Shown piece after piece: positions 11,562-22,763 of a stretch of 64,000 nucleotides of DNA; the first letter of the stretch is position 1; every line of letters starts with the position of its first letter. The position numbers were made by a program, and so were the translations under genes. The notes under the pieces were generated by a model. The model did not search any database. It was given only the letters and a program-made list of their open reading frames with translations, and was not told the DNA's origin. This DNA comes from Piromyces finnis finn (Eukaryota; Fungi; Neocallimastigomycota), in NCBI GenBank assembly GCA_002104945.1, contig MCFH01000066.1, forward strand, positions 186,001 through 250,000, given 5' to 3'.

Positions 11562-12919
11562 TGTTAGAATATGTGAAACGTTATGTCACATGTATTGAAA
11601 TGTATTGAAATGTATTAAAACGTATTTGTATATATTGTGTTTGATTATATGTTTAAGCCACAATGTAAATGTATAAATACATGTAGTTTGAGAAGAATGT
11701 AACGCAAGTAGTTCTTTATCATAAAATATATTAATAAAGTTGACATAATTATAAACCTAAATTAAACAACTCTTAATAATATTATATTATATTATATTAT
11801 ATTATATTATATTATATTATATTATATTATATTATATTAAAAAATATTTACATTTTAGTTATTCGATCATTTTCATTACAATTAATTCTATTCCCACTCA
11901 TCAGAATATTCACAACATTTATTTCCTTTAGATGATATTTTAATTTGACTTAATAAACTTTCAATAGCTTTGCAGATCATCTGGTGCTACCTCTTCACGT
12001 TTTGTCAATTTATCAATGGAATAGGAAAATGAAGTGCTAGACACTGTCAAAATACCTAAAAATTTAAACACTTTCATTTTTATAAAATTTTAAAAATTCA
12101 AATATAATCAAAAAATTATAAAATTAAAATTTATAAAAAAAAAAAGAAAAAAAAAGAAAAATGGTTCTTTTTTATATTTTTTTTTAAATATAGAAAAATG
12201 AGTTAAAACTATTTTTCCTATTTTTTTATTGTACATCAAAATGTTACAAAGTCAATTTTATTAATTAAAATTCAATTTTTATTCTTTTTTAAAGTGTATT
12301 GCATTTATTCATAAATTCATTGATCCATCCAATGATACATTCATTTTTGTAAAATAAAATGATAGAAAAATCTTTTTTTTTTTTTTATTTATTCCGTCCT
12401 ACTCCTATTTGACTTTTTTTTTTCATATCCAATCAATATTAAATTTGATTTTTATTCCATGGTTTTTGTATTACATTATTGTATGATGATTTTATAATGT
12501 ATACAAAAACAATAAATTAGAATTTAATGAATATTCTTTTTTAAAAAGAAAAAAAGAAAACTTTAATGATGGAAAAAAAAAATTTAAAGAATCAGTAATA
12601 GGTTTAGCTTCAGAAGCATTAGAAAGTTTGAGTAATTTAAAGTTTATAGTCAACATTTTTTTTCTTTATCTTGACCAATCAATAACAAATCCTTGGATAT
12701 ATTTTATTCGGAACTTCCTATTGACTAATGATTAATTAAAAACTTTAATTAAAAACTTTAATTGAATATCATTATGTAATAATATAATTTAATATATATA
12801 TATTAATTTATTTTTTTAATTAATCAATGTTTCACAAACCGATTTAAATTGATATAACCAAGAAAAAATTTAAGGAATGACTCACACCCGAACTTCCTTC
12901 TACAAAAGGGTTGTGAATG

Positions 12920-14160
12920 ATTTGTCTTGAAACACGGATCATTAAGACCAAGGTATTTTTAATAAATATGAGAGGTAAACTCATATGATCTGTGGAATAA
13001 AAATGGTGATTTTTGATAGAATTTTCGATGCATCATCAACACTATCAATCTTTTATTTTCTTCAAAATTTTTAGAAATTTCGTTACATATATAATCAATA
13101 TCGGCCGGTCAGAATTTTTTAATGAAGGATCTGAGTCTGAACCTATTTATTAGGACCCAAAAGATGCCGGAATATATGCTCATTTAGGCACCTCAAAAGG
13201 TATTGATTCATCTAGATAGCAATCTACACGGCAGGACGATGGCAATAGAAGTCGAAATATGCTAAGGATTGTATTATATAACAACTCACATTTGCCGAAT
13301 GAACTAGCCCTGAAAATGGATGGTGTTCAAGCTTGTTATTCATACCCCACCATTACCGTTATGGTAAAAAGGGAGGCGCTAACGAGTAGGAGGGTGTGAA
13401 GATTTGTGACAATGATTAAGATATGGGTCCAAGTGAAACTGCTTCAACTACAGATTTCGGTGAGAGTAACAAATGTTCAAATGAAAGCTTTTAGGACTGA
13501 AGCAGAGAAAGGTTCCATAAGAATATGAACAGAGGTTAGACTTGGGTAAGTCAATCCTAAGAGATAGGGAATCACCGTTTTAAAATGAACGGTTTTTTGT
13601 TCCACCTTATAGAAAGATAGAAAGAGAATCCAGTTAATATTCCGTGTCGAGTATATAAATTTTTTTTACTACAGTTACAAAATGAACTACGTGACACCGG
13701 TGGGGTTAGAATTCTGGGAAAAGGTATCTTTTCTTTTTTAAAAATTCATCACCGTGAAATCAGATTAACTGAAAAAAGCATAGTATAGTTGTATAGTTAG
13801 TAAAGCATTCCTCTTTCGGAATAACCGTTTTGTTACATTTCTAAAGTTCCTCAAAAACCCTGGAGAAATAAAATTTTCATATGTGGCATTATTAATAATT
13901 GTAGTAGGTGACTTGGATTAATAGCCTCAAATTGATTGATAGAACAATGTAGATATGAGAAGTCGGCAAAATATATCCGTAACTTCGAAATAAGGATTGG
14001 CTCTAAGTATTGGGAATAATGAACTTCTGATCTGCAACTCTGAAACAAACCTGAGGATTTTCTGGTTTTCAGAGGACAGAGGACTTCTTGACGGATACGA
14101 GGTGAATAAGCTTTAACTTTTCTGGAATACCAATTAACAACCAGATTTGGAGCTGATACT
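12920..14160 (+). pseudogene. Degraded, internally deleted 28S/25S (LSU) rRNA fragment
   Basis: Recognisable LSU blocks in order: GTCTTGAAACACGGA, GGACCC.AAAGATG joined directly to CCGGAATA, GCCGAATGAACTAGCCCTGAAAATGGATGG, GAGAAAGGTTCCA, GTCGGCAAAATA.ATCCGTAACTTCG..ATAAGGATTGGCTCTAAG. Many substitutions; no 18S or 5.8S. Boundaries approximate. Confidence 0.9.
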
Positions 14161-14690
14161 GCTAGTGGTTATTGTTATTCCAATCTTGGATGTCAAAGTA
14201 AGTACGGAAAATGTACCTATAGATGTGGTAAGCTTCCAAATGAAAATGGAGAAGAAGTAAAATTTAATTGTCCTGAAGGTCAATGTTGCAGTGTCATGGG
14301 TTACTGTAGAACTATTAAAGATTATTGTAGTCTTGATCTTAAATGTAAGAGTAAATTTGGTAGTTGCTGGAATTAACAAAATCAATAATAATTATGATCA
14401 ATACAGATATATAATCATAATCATTTTTTTTATTTAATACTATTTATTATATATTTTTAAAATCTAATATATATAAAATTGACTTCAATTTTAAAAAGAT
14501 CTATTATAAACAATAAAATCAACTATTTTAAATTTTATTTACAAAAAAAAATTATCTTTTTATTAAAAATAGTTTAAAATTATTTTTTAACCCATGTTTT
14601 TTCTATATAATAAATTTTAAATAATATTATCAAAAAAAAATAATAATAATAAAAGAGAAATTCATTTTTATGTACTATGTTTAGTATCGA
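14160..14690 (+). repeat. Inverted duplicate of the last CBM18 domain and 3' flank of LRR-CBM18 copy 1
   Basis: Reverse complement of ~5290-5840. The ORF track gives the same shadow peptide at 5615..5824(+) and 14134..14385(-). Confidence 0.92.
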
Positions 14691-14809
14691 CACATTAAAA
14701 TTTGTGAAAATATATGTTATATTTTTATTCCTCCTTCGAGGTCGCCGTACGTAACAGCGAAAGAGGGTTGTCTTTTCTGGAACATTAGTATGAAAAGAAA
14801 ATAATTTTC

Positions 14810-16075
14810 AACTTGAGTTGGTAATCTGAGTGACAGTTATATCATATTTCCTTACATCTTCAACTAATCTTAAATATTAGTTACTTTTACTACTTAAATA
14901 TTAATTTGTAATATCAATTTTCTGATTCTGTAGTATTAAATATTGTTTTAAGAATATCTTTTATTTTATTTTTTTATTATTTCATAATTTTATTAGTCAT
15001 TTGTTAATCAAGTTTGTACTTATTCTTTTTATAGTTTAATTAGTTAGATAGATTTGTTTTTTCCGTTAGTTTGCAATTTCTTTCATTAATTATTGAGTTT
15101 TATTGTGAGGTGTGACTATCATTACTTTTAAGCATAATTAACCTTTTAATTTTTCTCTATTTTTATTTTTCATTTTTCATTTTTTATTTTTTTATTTTTT
15201 GAAATTCTTAATTTTGAATTTTCCAAGGAATCTCTTTCTACTAACATCCTTTTGTATACTTTTTCTATCTCTTTTCTATATATCTTTTATTCTATATATT
15301 CTATATATTTGCATAATTTTATTAGGTTTATTATGGACTCTCATGGTAAGTATTAACTCCTTTTTTTATTAACATTTTTTTTGTTAATAAAGCTTTAATC
15401 CTGAAAAATCAAATATTCTTCTTTTTTTTATTATAAATACTACTCTTATTTCAATTTTGTTTTGTATTTTATTGTGTTCTTTTATTAACTTCTTTTAATC
15501 CTTTACCCTTTGTAATATGGTATAATAACTTTTCACTCTTTTATCACTCTACCTCCAATATAAATTAACATTAATAATTAAATCTAACTATCAGAATCAG
15601 CATAACACAATAGTCAACCAACAAACAGTATTAATCTATTTAAAAAAAAAAGTTTACAAAATAAAGTTATAATTCAGAAATTCAAAGTGACAAAGTATAA
15701 ATTTATTTCCAAATTTATAGTCTTCAGTAAAGTTAAAACTAAGTTTTTCAGCAATTTAGTCAATTTTTTATTTTTTAGGGGATTTTAATATGTCAGCTAT
15801 TATTACATTATCCTACCTGATGTTACTTTTCTTTTTTCTTTCATCTAATTTATTAGGTAGGGATCAATCCAATACATTACAAATTAAAAAAATCATTGAA
15901 CTTTTATACAACTTAAATAATTATTTTATTTTCTTTTATTTTTATATTTATATATATATATATATTTTATTATTTATTATTTATTATTTATCATATCAAT
16001 ATGTATTATCATTTAATATAATGTAATTTCACAAATTAAATAAATAAATACAAGAAAAAGTGTATTATCTTCCGT
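14810..16075 (+). mobile_element. Internally deleted non-autonomous LINE-A derivative
   Basis: 14810-15770 is homologous to the A 5' UTR (31303-32380). It is followed by ~25 nt of endonuclease sequence (GATTTTAATATGTCAGCTATTA) fused to the A 3' end (36610-36860 equivalent). Confidence 0.85.
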
Positions 16076-16291
16076 TTTCCTTACACCTTCAATTTATTAT
16101 TAATTTTTTTGGTAATAATTACATAACTAGAAAAATAAAAAAAGAACAAAGTACAATTTTTTTAAATGATTTCTTTAGGTATAATATTTTATTTGATATC
16201 TATTTTTATTTTTATTGTATTTGAATTAAAGTATTATTTGTTTTAATTGATAAAACGTTAAATAAAAATTAAATAAAAATGAATAATATAC

Positions 16292-16329
<38 letters not shown>

Positions 16330-17305
16330 TTCAACAAATTCAATTTAAATAAAAAATATTTTTTTTTTGAAAGAATGAATTTTCTTTCAGTAAAATCCAA
16401 TTTAATCTTTTTGTTATCAAGAAAATTAATTCATGCTTCATAAATCAATAAATTATTATTTATTGATTATTACTATTAATTAGCTTTCATTTTTATTTAT
16501 TATTTATTGCATTTTATTATTTATCTTTATTAAAAAAGCTTATATTATTAAAATAAATGATTATATATTGAACCATATTTTAATCTTATTTTTAATATTT
16601 ATTTTATTTCATTTTAAAAAAAAATATAAAAGATTGCGGATATTATTTCCGTTAACAAGATCAAAATACAATATTTTACAATATATAGTTTATTAATATT
16701 TTTTATTTTCACTGATAAAAAAAAAAAAAAAAACTAAAAATTAAAAAATACAATTGTTTTTGTATATTCTTAATAATTTATCTTTACTCAAGAAGGAGGT
16801 GTTTTAGTTTTTAAAAAAATATTTTTAATAATTAATACTTTTATGAATAATAATTATTTAATTTTATTTTCTTTTTCTTTTTTTAATAAGACTTTTTACC
16901 ATTAAAATAAATTTTAAAATAAAATTTGTATAAAACACAAAATAATTATAATTATAGTTATATATATTTGGATTATAATTGTTTTTATTGTTATTGTTTA
17001 TTTAATGTTTTATTTTATAAAATTTTATTATTATTATTATTATTATTATTATCATAAAGAAAAATAATTTAATAAAATATTATCTTTATATATAGAATGA
17101 GCATTAATTTAAAAAAAAAAAAAAATATTTATTATTAATAATAATAATAATAAATTTTGAAAAATATAAATATCTATTATTATATTTTAATGACTTTTCA
17201 TTAAAATAATAAAAATAATTATGCAGATAAATGAGTATATACACATAAATAGAATTAAAAAAAAATGAAGATTACATAAAATGAATTTGTAAAAAAAAAA
17301 ATAAA

Positions 17306-17471
<166 letters not shown>

Positions 17472-17527
17472 TGTTATTTGTTATAGGATTGTTTTTTGTT
17501 AGTAATACTAAAAAAATTTTTTTTTTT

Positions 17528-18112
17528 TTAATTAGCTTTTCCAATTTCAGTAGCTTCTGGAACCTCAACAAGTTTACCGGTTTTAACATCATAATAGAAT
17601 CCATAAATTGGAATATGTTTTGGAATTAATGGATGATTTCTAACAACAGTAACATCATCGATAACACTTTTTTCAAGATGTTTAAAAGGTAAAAAGTTGA
17701 TATATTGACCAGCTTCAGATCCACCTTTCTTTACTGGATTATACCAAGTGCCGTGTTCATCGATGTTTGCGGATTCAAGACTTTCTGAAAGTAAATAATG
17801 AATAATATCATTTGAAAAAATTTGCATACCACAATCTGAATGATGAATAATAAACCATTCTTGAGTTCCTAATAACTTATGAGAAATAATAAGAGAACGA
17901 ATAACATCTTCGGTGACTCTTCCCCCAGCATTTCTAATAACATGAGCATCACCTTCGGCTAAACCAGCAAATTTAGCAGGATCTAATCTTGCATCCATAC
18001 AAGTTACTATAGCAAATTTTCTACCTGGTGGAATTGGTAAAGAACCTTTATCACCAAAATTGAAAGAATATTTTTCATTAGCATCTAAAACTTCTTTAAG
18101 AATTTGACTCAT
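17528..18112 (-). CDS. Beta-class carbonic anhydrase (clade D / COS-hydrolase-like)
   Basis: Zn-ligand motifs CMDARL and HHSDCG, plus HVIRNAGG and the C-terminal GFYYDVKTG. Intronless, 194 aa. Confidence 0.93.
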   Translation of the reverse strand: MSQILKEVLDANEKYSFNFGDKGSLPIPPGRKFAIVTCMDARLDPAKFAGLAEGDAHVIRNAGGRVTEDVIRSLIISHKLLGTQEWFIIHHSDCGMQIFSNDIIHYLLSESLESANIDEHGTWYNPVKKGGSEAGQYINFLPFKHLEKSVIDDVTVVRNHPLIPKHIPIYGFYYDVKTGKLVEVPEATEIGKAN

Positions 18113-18914
18113 TTTTCTTTTTTGTAGTGTTTTTCTTTTTTTTTTTCAAAAAAAATATATATAAATGTTTTAAATATTAATTTTTCTTTTTCTTTTTTTC
18201 TGTTTTATATTTAAAATATAAAATATTTTTTTAATTATTTAAAATTGAATATTTTAAAAAATAATGATTTTTATTAAAAAAAAAAAATAATAAAAATAAA
18301 AGTTTTTATAATAAAATTTGAAAATTTAAAAAAAAATGGAAAATTCAAAAATACAAAAAATTTTATTATAAATTAAAGTTTTTAAATTTTTATGTAACAC
18401 AAAAAATTATTTAATTAAAAAATCGGATTAATTTTTTTAAAAAAATAATTTATGATTTTTAATTCGTTGAAAATTGACAAATTTAAAATTGATATTTTTC
18501 CTTTTTGAGATTGAACCATTTTACTTTATTCTTATATTATTGATTAAAAATTAACTAATTTTCTTAAATTTAATGATATTGAATTACATCACATTATTAT
18601 TTACATTTACATACATTTGCAATTATAATGTATACATTAATGTGAAATTTATTGTATTTGTATACATTATAAAAATGTAATAAGAACATGTCATTAAAAT
18701 AAACCCAAAAGAAAAAAAGCATCTCTATAGCAATTTGTCTTATAAGTTTGTTAATAGTAACACTAGTTAGAGAATTAACAAGCAAGTGTATTCATGTAAA
18801 TAAATATTTTTATGTAAAAATTAACATTATTTATGTCAAATTAAATTAAAAAAAAAAACCCTACGAACCATCTTTGTATTTTAAAGATTCAGAAGATTTG
18901 AATATAAAATATCT

Positions 18915-18945
<31 letters not shown>

Positions 18946-20419
18946 CATTATTATTATTATTTTTTGATAATAAAATATCATCATTCAAAATCTTTACATT
19001 TGGTGAAAAGTATGCATAAAAAGTTTTTCTTTTCAATTATTCAAAGTATATTTTTTATTTTTTGAAATGTATTTTATAAATTTATATCGGTATAATAGTG
19101 CTATGTAAAAAATAGATGAACAATGTTAATTCTATTTTTTTTTTTTTTAACTTTTAAAAGTTTAGAAAAATGAAATTATATTCATAATAAAATAAAATTA
19201 TAATAAAAATTATAATGAAATCACCTTTAAAAAAAAATTTTTTTTCTCTTTTTTTTTTTAAGAAAAAATTTTATTTTATTGAATGATAAGTAGTAATAAT
19301 TTGGAAATGAAAAAGGAAACTTTTATTTTTTTATCAATAATAATTTTAATAATTATTTATCTTTAGTTTGATGATTATTATTATTACCATTATAATGATA
19401 TGTTCTTGAGAAAAAAAAAAGGTTTTTTTTCTATAAAACTTCATAAATTAAAAGTATATTATATTCCAATTATAATAATAATGATTATAATAATAAAGTT
19501 TTTTTTAAAAAAAAAAAAGTATTTGACTATTTGTTAAATTTGAATATTTTTTTATATTTTATTTATATAAATTAACATAAAGAGAATAAAAGTATTAGAA
19601 ATAAAAAAGAAAAAAAAAAAAGAAATTTAATAAGTAGAAAACAATAGTAAAAAAAAAATTTAAAAAAATATAAAGTCTAATTATCATATGAATTTAATTA
19701 TTTTTTCTATAATCTTTATTCTATTACCACTACCATTCATTATAGTATTATTATCTTTTTTTTAACAATTCCTATTATTACTATTACTATTATTATTATT
19801 ATTAGTAGTAGTAGTAAGAGGAAGAGGAATAGTATTTATTATTGTTGCTGCTATTAATACTATCGTTAGTATGGATATAAATTAAGTGTTAATGAACAAC
19901 CTTTTTTAACAATATTAATTGAAAAAAAAATAGGATAAAAAAAATAAATGAATTAAAATACAAATATGGTTTATATGGTATATAAGGAATAAAATAGATT
20001 GGAATAATAAAAAATAATATATATATCTTTTCAATTCATTAATTAAAATTGATATTATTTATTATTATGTTTATTTATTTCAATTACAATATATCATTTT
20101 TAAACCCCACCTACCCATTTATACAAACCCATGAAGAAAAAAAAAGTAAATATAAGAGTATCATTCAAATGGGAGAGAAAGGAGGAAAAAAAAAATTGAT
20201 AGTTTTTTTTTAATTGATTTTTTTAATTTGATTAAGGTATAAATTTTTGAATAAAAAAAAACGATGGATGGGAATGAGAATGGAAATAATAATGGTTATT
20301 CAAAAATAAAAAATCATCTCTTTAAATAACTATAGAAATATATTTATTTATTTATTTATTTATAATTATTAATACATTAACTATTTTATATTTTTTTTTT
20401 TTTTTAAATTTAATTTTTT

Positions 20420-22362
20420 AACGGCATTAAATATTTTAAACTTTATTATTAATTTAATTAAAATTATTTAATATAAAAAATTAAAAATAAAAAATAAAAA
20501 ATATATGTTTAAATAAACACAAATAATTAAAAATTGGGTATAATGTATTCTAGTAATTTTAATTAAAATAAGAAAGCCACTATTATACTAAAGTATAATA
20601 ATTGTATTTGACTTCCAGTGGGACACCGAGCCAAAGATCAAAATTTTGCCATGGAACAAAATTATGATCTCCATTGGTTGCGCTGGCCCTCCTGGCCTGT
20701 CTTACTGTTTCTTCAACATTGACGCTCTTGGATGTTGCTTCAAACCTTTTGAACATTGACCATTGCTGACCAATAGCAAAAGGCATGATTTTGGTTAGAA
20801 GTTCCGCGGTTACCGTCAAGAATGGTGTTCCTTCATTAGTACCAGATTGAATCTGACGTTTACAAAGTTCTTTCCATTCCCTTGAATTGTAATTAATATT
20901 GTTAAAACTTCTTCCCCCAAGAAGGAATTTAAATATTTTACTGCACACACTAGAATAATCATACACATTAATATTCACCGGATTATTAGAACTATTACTA
21001 TCATTAACTAAATTACTATCTAAATTAGAATTATTATCTTCACTATTGCTATCATTACTAATATTATTATTTCTATTACTACTGTTGTTATTATTACTAT
21101 TTCTATTACTACTATTGTTATTATTACTATTAATGTTATTGCTATCTCTACTGATATTAACATTTTCATTATTATTGATAGGACTATTGGAATTACGTTG
21201 ACTGAAAAAATTTAATAGTTTGACTATGGAATAATAATGTTTAATACGGATATCTCTAAATGTTGGACAATCTAATAACCAATGTTTAATACTTTGAACA
21301 CCACACTTGCAACATGGACAGTAGTTAGGACAAACTGGATCAACAAATTTAGCAGCTTTGGCAACTCTAGCATCCAACTTATATCCGCTTCTTGCTTTCA
21401 ATAGCCAGTAGAAGCCATAGGCAAACTCTGTGTACTCATAACATAATTTAATAAAATCTTTAGTTTCAATAAATTTATTATCATCATAATATTGCGCTTT
21501 GATTGAATTCCCTTTGAGATCTTTCCAATAAATGTTTTTACCTGCTTTAACATCTCCATACTTCTTTAATTTTTTATCAAGTGTCCTATTTGATTTGCAC
21601 CACATGTATTTTCTAAATTTAGGAATGTAATTGACGATGTGTGAGATAATACAATTTGAGTTTTTCCATTTGTTAAAACATCTAACCTGAGCTAACGCAC
21701 ATTTGGCTGACGATGGAGGAATATTCAAATCTTTTGAGATAGAGTATAAAGATATAAACGATACAGCTTTATGAACTCCGGCAACCCATCGTATTCCTTT
21801 GTTAACATGCTTCTGAGCAATCCTAGACCTAGCTTTGTTGGATCCAAGTAATGGTGCAAAGTATGAAACTCTGCTGATTACTTGTGAGTTAAGTACTAGC
21901 TTTTTGAAAGGAATAGGAATATTAGGATTTCTTAAGAATTTACTGACTGAAAAAAGTCCTTTCAAAACCTTGTTATTAAGAGCTTTAATTACTGGTTTAA
22001 GGGACAAATTCTTATCAAATGGAACACCAAGATAAGTTTAGCAATCAGTAGTTGGAATGGGTTGTCCTGCTAAGTAAAATGTTGGATCTTTCTTGCTCTG
22101 ATTTTCTATTTATTCAGGACGAATCACCATCGTTGAACATTTCTGGATACCAAATTCCATTTCATTAAACAAGGCCCATTCATTAACTCTTCTAAGCATC
22201 TTTTTTAAGCATCCTCTTGATGGAGCACAAATAACTATATCATCTGCAAAAAATCCACCACAGCATCGAGTGTCACCTAAACTGACTCCGAAATCTTCAC
22301 ACTCTCTAAATATATCATTGATAAAGAGATTAAAGAGAATAGGAGAAAGTGGGTAACCTTGA
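20420..22362 (-). mobile_element. LINE family B, 5'-truncated 3' fragment
   Basis: ORFs 22110..22385 (RT, FADD) and 20583..22007 (CPCC...HWLLDC Zn motif, Asn-rich tract). The 3' end GCCGTTAAAAA matches 31255-31270. Confidence 0.93.
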
Positions 22363-22763
22363 CGGGGCCTCTTTAGAAGCTTCATTTATTTTATAAATGA
22401 AAGCACTTTCATAAGAGGATTCAATATCCATTAAAATTAATATTTTAAATAACGAACGAACTTAAAAAAATATATGAAAATATTTATTAATAAAACATTT
22501 AATTTTAAATTTTATTATAATAGATTAATAGATCATTTTCATTAAAAATTATTAAAATTACAATCTTGAATACACTAATACATTAATACACTAATATACT
22601 AATATATATATATATATATTAATAATAAATCTAAAAATAAATTGGATTAAATAATTAATTATTAAAATAAAATTAAAGTAAATTATTTATCATTATCATT
22701 AAATTTAATTACTGTTAATATTATTATCATTATTATTAATTATATTATTATTATTGCTTTTAT

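Larger units (their letters stand above)
7542..11778 (+). mobile_element. Non-autonomous Ty1/copia-type LTR retroelement, recent insertion
   Basis: 217-bp direct repeats at 7542-7758 and 11562-11778 with no mismatch seen (TGTTAG...CTCTTAATA). 5-bp ATATT flanks, PBS at 7759-7772, PPT GAGGGGGAA at 11553-11561. No intact gag/pol ORF. Confidence 0.92.
5624..12017 (-). pseudogene. Secreted LRR-CBM18 (chitin-binding) gene, copy 1, disrupted
   Basis: Exon 1 (ATG 12017, MKVFKFLGILTVSSTSFSYS) is frameshifted. LRR exons lie near 7420, 7240, 6590 and 6400 (e.g. DLSNNNLNGSIPDIKSLTHL), a second Cys cap at 6705-6902, and CBM18 repeats at 5624-5940 with a frameshift. One splice donor is mutated GT>TT and intron 1 carries an LTR element. 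Confidence 0.85.

Noticed and set aside
14725-14790. GC-rich island before the LINE-A derivative as a possible HDV-like ribozyme
   Set aside because: Could not build P1/P1.1/P2/P3 with the required GG and loop consensus.
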